Part shown: positions 59,429 to 64,000 of the stretch, piece by piece
How positions within the stretch are numbered: position 1 is the first letter of the stretch
Layout of the letters: every line of letters starts with the position of its first letter
NCBI GenBank assembly: GCA_044229975.1
Contig: JBGARZ010000014.1
Coordinates: forward strand, 32,001 to 96,000
Direction of reading: 5' to 3'
DNA length: 64,000 bases
Source: Polyangiales bacterium
GTDB lineage: Bacteria; Myxococcota_A; Polyangia; Polyangiales; Ga0077539
Position numbers and translations under genes: made by a program
The notes under the pieces: model-generated
Seen by the model: only the letters and a program-made list of their open reading frames with translations
Databases searched by the model: none
Told to the model about the DNA's origin: nothing

Positions 59429-60670
59429 ATGGTAGATCGAGCGCGCGCGCTGGCGTTGGTGGGTGTAGTCGGGGCCGCGGTTCCGTTCGTCGTGTTGAGG
59501 CACAGCGCCTCGGCCCAGCGCGCCAACATCCCAGCAGGAACCTCCCGCGTGGCCGACGGCGGGGTCGCGCGCTTTCGTGGGACGCCCGCGGCCATCACGG
59601 CCGTCGTCGCCGGGCTCGACCCGTCCCGTGGGCGGGTTGAGCGGGGGAGCAACGAGTACGTGGTCGATCTGCCCGATGGTCGGCGGGCGGCCCTCACGCT
59701 CGAACCCGCGTGGCAGCGCGCGACGGCGGCCCTGCTGGAGCGCCATGTGCTGCCCATGGCCAGCGTGGTGGTGCTCGACACTGCGACCGGTCGGGTGCTG
59801 GTCTGGGCGTCGCGCGGAAGTAGCAACGACCTGGCGCGGGCGGCCGAGGCGCCCGCGGCGAGCGTGTTCAAGATCGTGACGTCGTCGGCGTTGTTGGAGG
59901 AGGGGCTGTCGGAGCGGGAGCCCACCTGCTGGTCGGGCGGGTTTCACGCGCTGACCCTGCGCGACCTGATGAGCGACCCACGGCGCGACCGGGAGTGCAG
60001 CACGCTGCCCGAGGCGTTTGCGCGCTCGACCAACACGGTCTTCGCGCGGCGGGCGTTGGAGCTCTTGAACCCGCCCCGCCTCCAGGTGACGGCGCGGCAG
60101 TGGGGCTTTGGCGAGGCGATCCCCTTCGATGCGCCCGTGGCGATCAGCGAGCTCACGGTCCCGTCGGAGACGCTGGCCTTCGCGCGCACCGCCGCGGGCT
60201 TCTGGAACAGCACGCTCTCGCCGCTCCACGGCGCGCTCCTGGCGCAGGGCATCGCGCGGGGCGGAGAGATGACGAGGCCGTGGGTCGTCTCGTCGATTCG
60301 CAACGCGCAGGGCGACACGGTGGCGGTGGGTGGAGAGCACGCGTGGCGCCGCGCGGTGAGCCCTGGGGTGGCCGCGACGCTGGGCCGCGCGATGGCGCGA
60401 ACGGTGAGCGAGGGCACGGGGTTTCACGGCTTCCACGACGAGGCCGGCCGGGCCTACCTGGAGGGCGTGACCGTCGGCGGGAAGACCGGAACGCTCACGG
60501 GCTCGGAGCCGTTCAGGGCGTTTACGTGGTTCGTGGGCAACGCCGAGGGGGCGGGGCGTCGGCTGTCGATCGCGGTGATGGTGGCCAATGGCCCGCTCTG
60601 GCGGGTGAAGGCGCCGACGCTCGCGCGGCAGGTGCTCCAGCTCGCCCTCCGCGGCCGCGCGACGGACTGA
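59429..60670 (+). CDS. Penicillin-binding protein, transpeptidase domain
   Basis: SxxK (ASVFK), SxN (STN), KTG (GKTGT) and an N-terminal membrane anchor. Confidence 0.9.
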   Translation: MVDRARALALVGVVGAAVPFVVLRHSASAQRANIPAGTSRVADGGVARFRGTPAAITAVVAGLDPSRGRVERGSNEYVVDLPDGRRAALTLEPAWQRATAALLERHVLPMASVVVLDTATGRVLVWASRGSSNDLARAAEAPAASVFKIVTSSALLEEGLSEREPTCWSGGFHALTLRDLMSDPRRDRECSTLPEAFARSTNTVFARRALELLNPPRLQVTARQWGFGEAIPFDAPVAISELTVPSETLAFARTAAGFWNSTLSPLHGALLAQGIARGGEMTRPWVVSSIRNAQGDTVAVGGEHAWRRAVSPGVAATLGRAMARTVSEGTGFHGFHDEAGRAYLEGVTVGGKTGTLTGSEPFRAFTWFVGNAEGAGRRLSIAVMVANGPLWRVKAPTLARQVLQLALRGRATD

Positions 60671-60680
60671 GCGGCTTCGG

Positions 60681-60715
60681 GGACCCACGCCGCGCCGACG
60701 CCTCGGCGTGGGTCC
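60681..60715. terminator. GC-rich hairpin just after the PBP stop (possible terminator between convergent genes)
   Basis: GGACCCACGCCG (60681-60692) pairs perfectly with CGGCGTGGGTCC (60704-60715). No clear U-tract. Confidence 0.5.
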
Positions 60716-60722
60716 TACCTGG

Positions 60723-60858
60723 GAGCTCGACCCCGTAGCGGTGGAGTCCCACCCGGGTTGGGGTTGAGCTCGACCCCGCAGTGGTCGGGTGCCACCCGGA
60801 CAGGCGACGAGCCCGACCCTGGTGGACGTTGAGTCCCACCGGGGTCGGGGTTGAGTCT
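60723..60858. repeat. Degenerate 21-22-bp tandem repeat array (six units, alternating types)
   Basis: Units start at 60723, 60744, 60766, 60787, 60809 and 60831, alternating GAGCTCGACCCCG- and GAGTCCCACC-type heads. Confidence 0.65.
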
Positions 60859-60925
60859 GGGGGAGGGGAGGGTCGACCTTGAGTCGACTGGAGGACGAGA
60901 AGCGTAAGGAAGGCTGAGCCGAGGC

Positions 60926-61714
60926 TCAGTGCTGCGGGCGGGCCACGATGGCGGCGGCCGGGGGCTCGCGGCGCACGACGATGGCCGGCATGCGCTCGCG
61001 GTTCTCGAAGTCGGCGCGGTAGGCGGCCGCCTCGCGAGCGTTGTTGAACGGACCGACCCTCACGCGGTGCCACACCACGTTGTTGGGGTCCGTCGCGGGC
61101 TGGGCGACGTAGGCGCGGTGGCCACGGTCACGCAGCCGTTGCGCGAAGGTCTGCGCATGGCCCACCGCGCGAAACGAGCTCACCTGCACGGTGAACGGCC
61201 CGTCGCTCCCGGCAGCCACGGGTGCACCGCGCGGGATCGTCGCCGCCGCGCTGACCGTGCCCGCGTTGACGAGGGCGCTCTCGTTGAGCCGCACGCCGAA
61301 GCCACCGAGGGGAGAGGCGCTCTGCGGCAGCAGCACCGGGCGCTGCGTGGGGTCAGCCAGCGAGGGCCCCGTGGCCAGCGTCGGCGTGGCGCCCGCTGCG
61401 GTGGTCGCCGCCGTCGTCGCTCCACCGGCCGCTGCGACCGCCGGGGCGTTGCCCGTGAGGCGCTCGGCGTAGGTGAGGTTGGCGCTCGTCGACCCTTCGG
61501 TGCGCGCCGCGAGGCGGTCGAGCTGCGCGAGCGGATCTTCTCGTGGCGCCGGTCGGGTGTCCCCCGCCTCGCGGCCCACCATCACGCCCACGGCAAAGAG
61601 CACGCAGGCCGTGGCGATGGCGCCGAGGGCGACGGACATCAACCGCGACGAGTGGCTGACATCATCGCGTTCCTGGATCTGATCGAGGTCACGCATGGAA
61701 CCCATTGCGTCCAT
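60926..61714 (-). CDS. SPOR-domain membrane protein (FtsN/DedD-like)
   Basis: Single TM (VLFAVGVMVG), flexible linker, SPOR FTVQVSSFR..WHRVRVGPF. Start approximate. Confidence 0.88.
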   Translation of the reverse strand: MDAMGSMRDLDQIQERDDVSHSSRLMSVALGAIATACVLFAVGVMVGREAGDTRPAPREDPLAQLDRLAARTEGSTSANLTYAERLTGNAPAVAAAGGATTAATTAAGATPTLATGPSLADPTQRPVLLPQSASPLGGFGVRLNESALVNAGTVSAAATIPRGAPVAAGSDGPFTVQVSSFRAVGHAQTFAQRLRDRGHRAYVAQPATDPNNVVWHRVRVGPFNNAREAAAYRADFENRERMPAIVVRREPPAAAIVARPQH

Positions 61715-61819
61715 GGCCAAGGGCTTCGCTCCTGTTGCCCGCGGATCGGATTGACCCGCTGCATGGGCGAACGTTTCGACGATGCGCGACGCCGCGTCAC
61801 CTTTTCAGCAACGCTCCGC

Positions 61820-62254
61820 TCAGCGCGGCGCGAGCACGGTGATGATGCGCGACGACGACACCTCGTTGTCGGGCGGAGCGATCTGGAAGAGGTTGAGCGC
61901 GTCGCCCACCTGCGGCGCGAGCACCGTCGTCGTCCCTCGCACGGGCACCGGCCCCATCACGAGGCGCCACAGGCCCGTCGCATCGGCAGTCGTACCCACG
62001 AAGAGCGACTCGCCCGTCGCGACGCTCGCCCGCTGGTTGGTGTCCTGCAGCAGCACCACGGAGTTGGGGAGCGAAGTGCCTGACAGCTCCACGATCACCC
62101 CGCCGCCGGGGCACTCCGTCGGAGCGCAGACGGTAAACGCCTGCGCCGTCACGCTGGGCGGCGGGAGCGGGAGGCCGCGCGTCAAGCACCCCGCGGTCGT
62201 GACGCATGCGGCGATCAGGAGGAGGGTGTTCAGGCGACGTCGGAGGGGGCTCAC
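61820..62254 (-). CDS. Hypothetical lipoprotein (Ig-like beta fold possible)
   Basis: TAGC lipobox after GTG 62254, then PLPPP and beta-strand-like segments. Confidence 0.65.
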   Translation of the reverse strand: MSPLRRRLNTLLLIAACVTTAGCLTRGLPLPPPSVTAQAFTVCAPTECPGGGVIVELSGTSLPNSVVLLQDTNQRASVATGESLFVGTTADATGLWRLVMGPVPVRGTTTVLAPQVGDALNLFQIAPPDNEVSSSRIITVLAPR

Positions 62255-62453
62255 GAAGAGGTCGAGCGTAGCAGTTGGTGTTCCGCGCGGTGATTCGCGG
62301 GCGTCTCCATCAGACCCATCGGGGCGCGCCATCGACGGTTGGCGATCATGGCGTCAACCATGGTTGCCGATGACATAGCCTGTCCTCGTCAATTGCCTTC
62401 TGGAACACTTCAAAATGGAGGTTCTGGCGAGGGTCTGCTAGACCGTCCGCGCG

Positions 62454-64000
<1,547 letters not shown>

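Noticed and set aside
60723..60858. Possible CRISPR array
   Set aside because: Units are only 21-22 bp in total, degenerate, lack unique 30-40-bp spacers, and no cas genes are in the window.

Overview
Very GC-rich (roughly 70% by eye) chromosomal segment. Its gene content points to a myxobacterium (Myxococcota, probably Polyangia): four Hanks-type Ser/Thr kinases, two FHA proteins, Cys-rich and Asp/Gly/Pro-rich lipoproteins, and PEGA and beta-integrin-like VWA lipoproteins. About 48 real CDS are supported; most other ORFs in the supplied track are antisense or off-frame shadows. Housekeeping genes include argH, pepA, fhs, rny, 5-formyl-THF cyclo-ligase, thiC, an IHF/HU subunit, eno, engB, murJ, rpoN-hpf-ptsN and gyrA (partial). 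Accessory content: (i) an orphan T6SS spike cassette (vgrG, DUF2169-pentapeptide, pentapeptide, DUF3540, DUF4150 PAAR-like) with no recognisable toxin, ending in an SPFH protein whose middle looks like an Imm21-type immunity domain; (ii) a benzoyl-CoA epoxidation module (boxR, boxC, boxB) lacking boxA, next to a kinase-STAND ATPase, an NADPH-FMN reductase and formate-THF ligase; (iii) an acetate kinase-PduL fusion; (iv) an FHA sigma54-type activator lacking GAFTGA; (v) a triple-DsbA protein; (vi) a TPR-dynamin-like GTPase. Non-coding signals include a ~210-nt imperfect inverted-repeat element, a ~21.5-bp degenerate tandem array, a switch-like hpf leader, and recurrent TANNNT boxes 6-10 nt before SD-less start codons, suggesting frequent leaderless transcription. 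No rRNA, tRNA, CRISPR array or transposase was seen. All family assignments come from motif recognition, not database searches.
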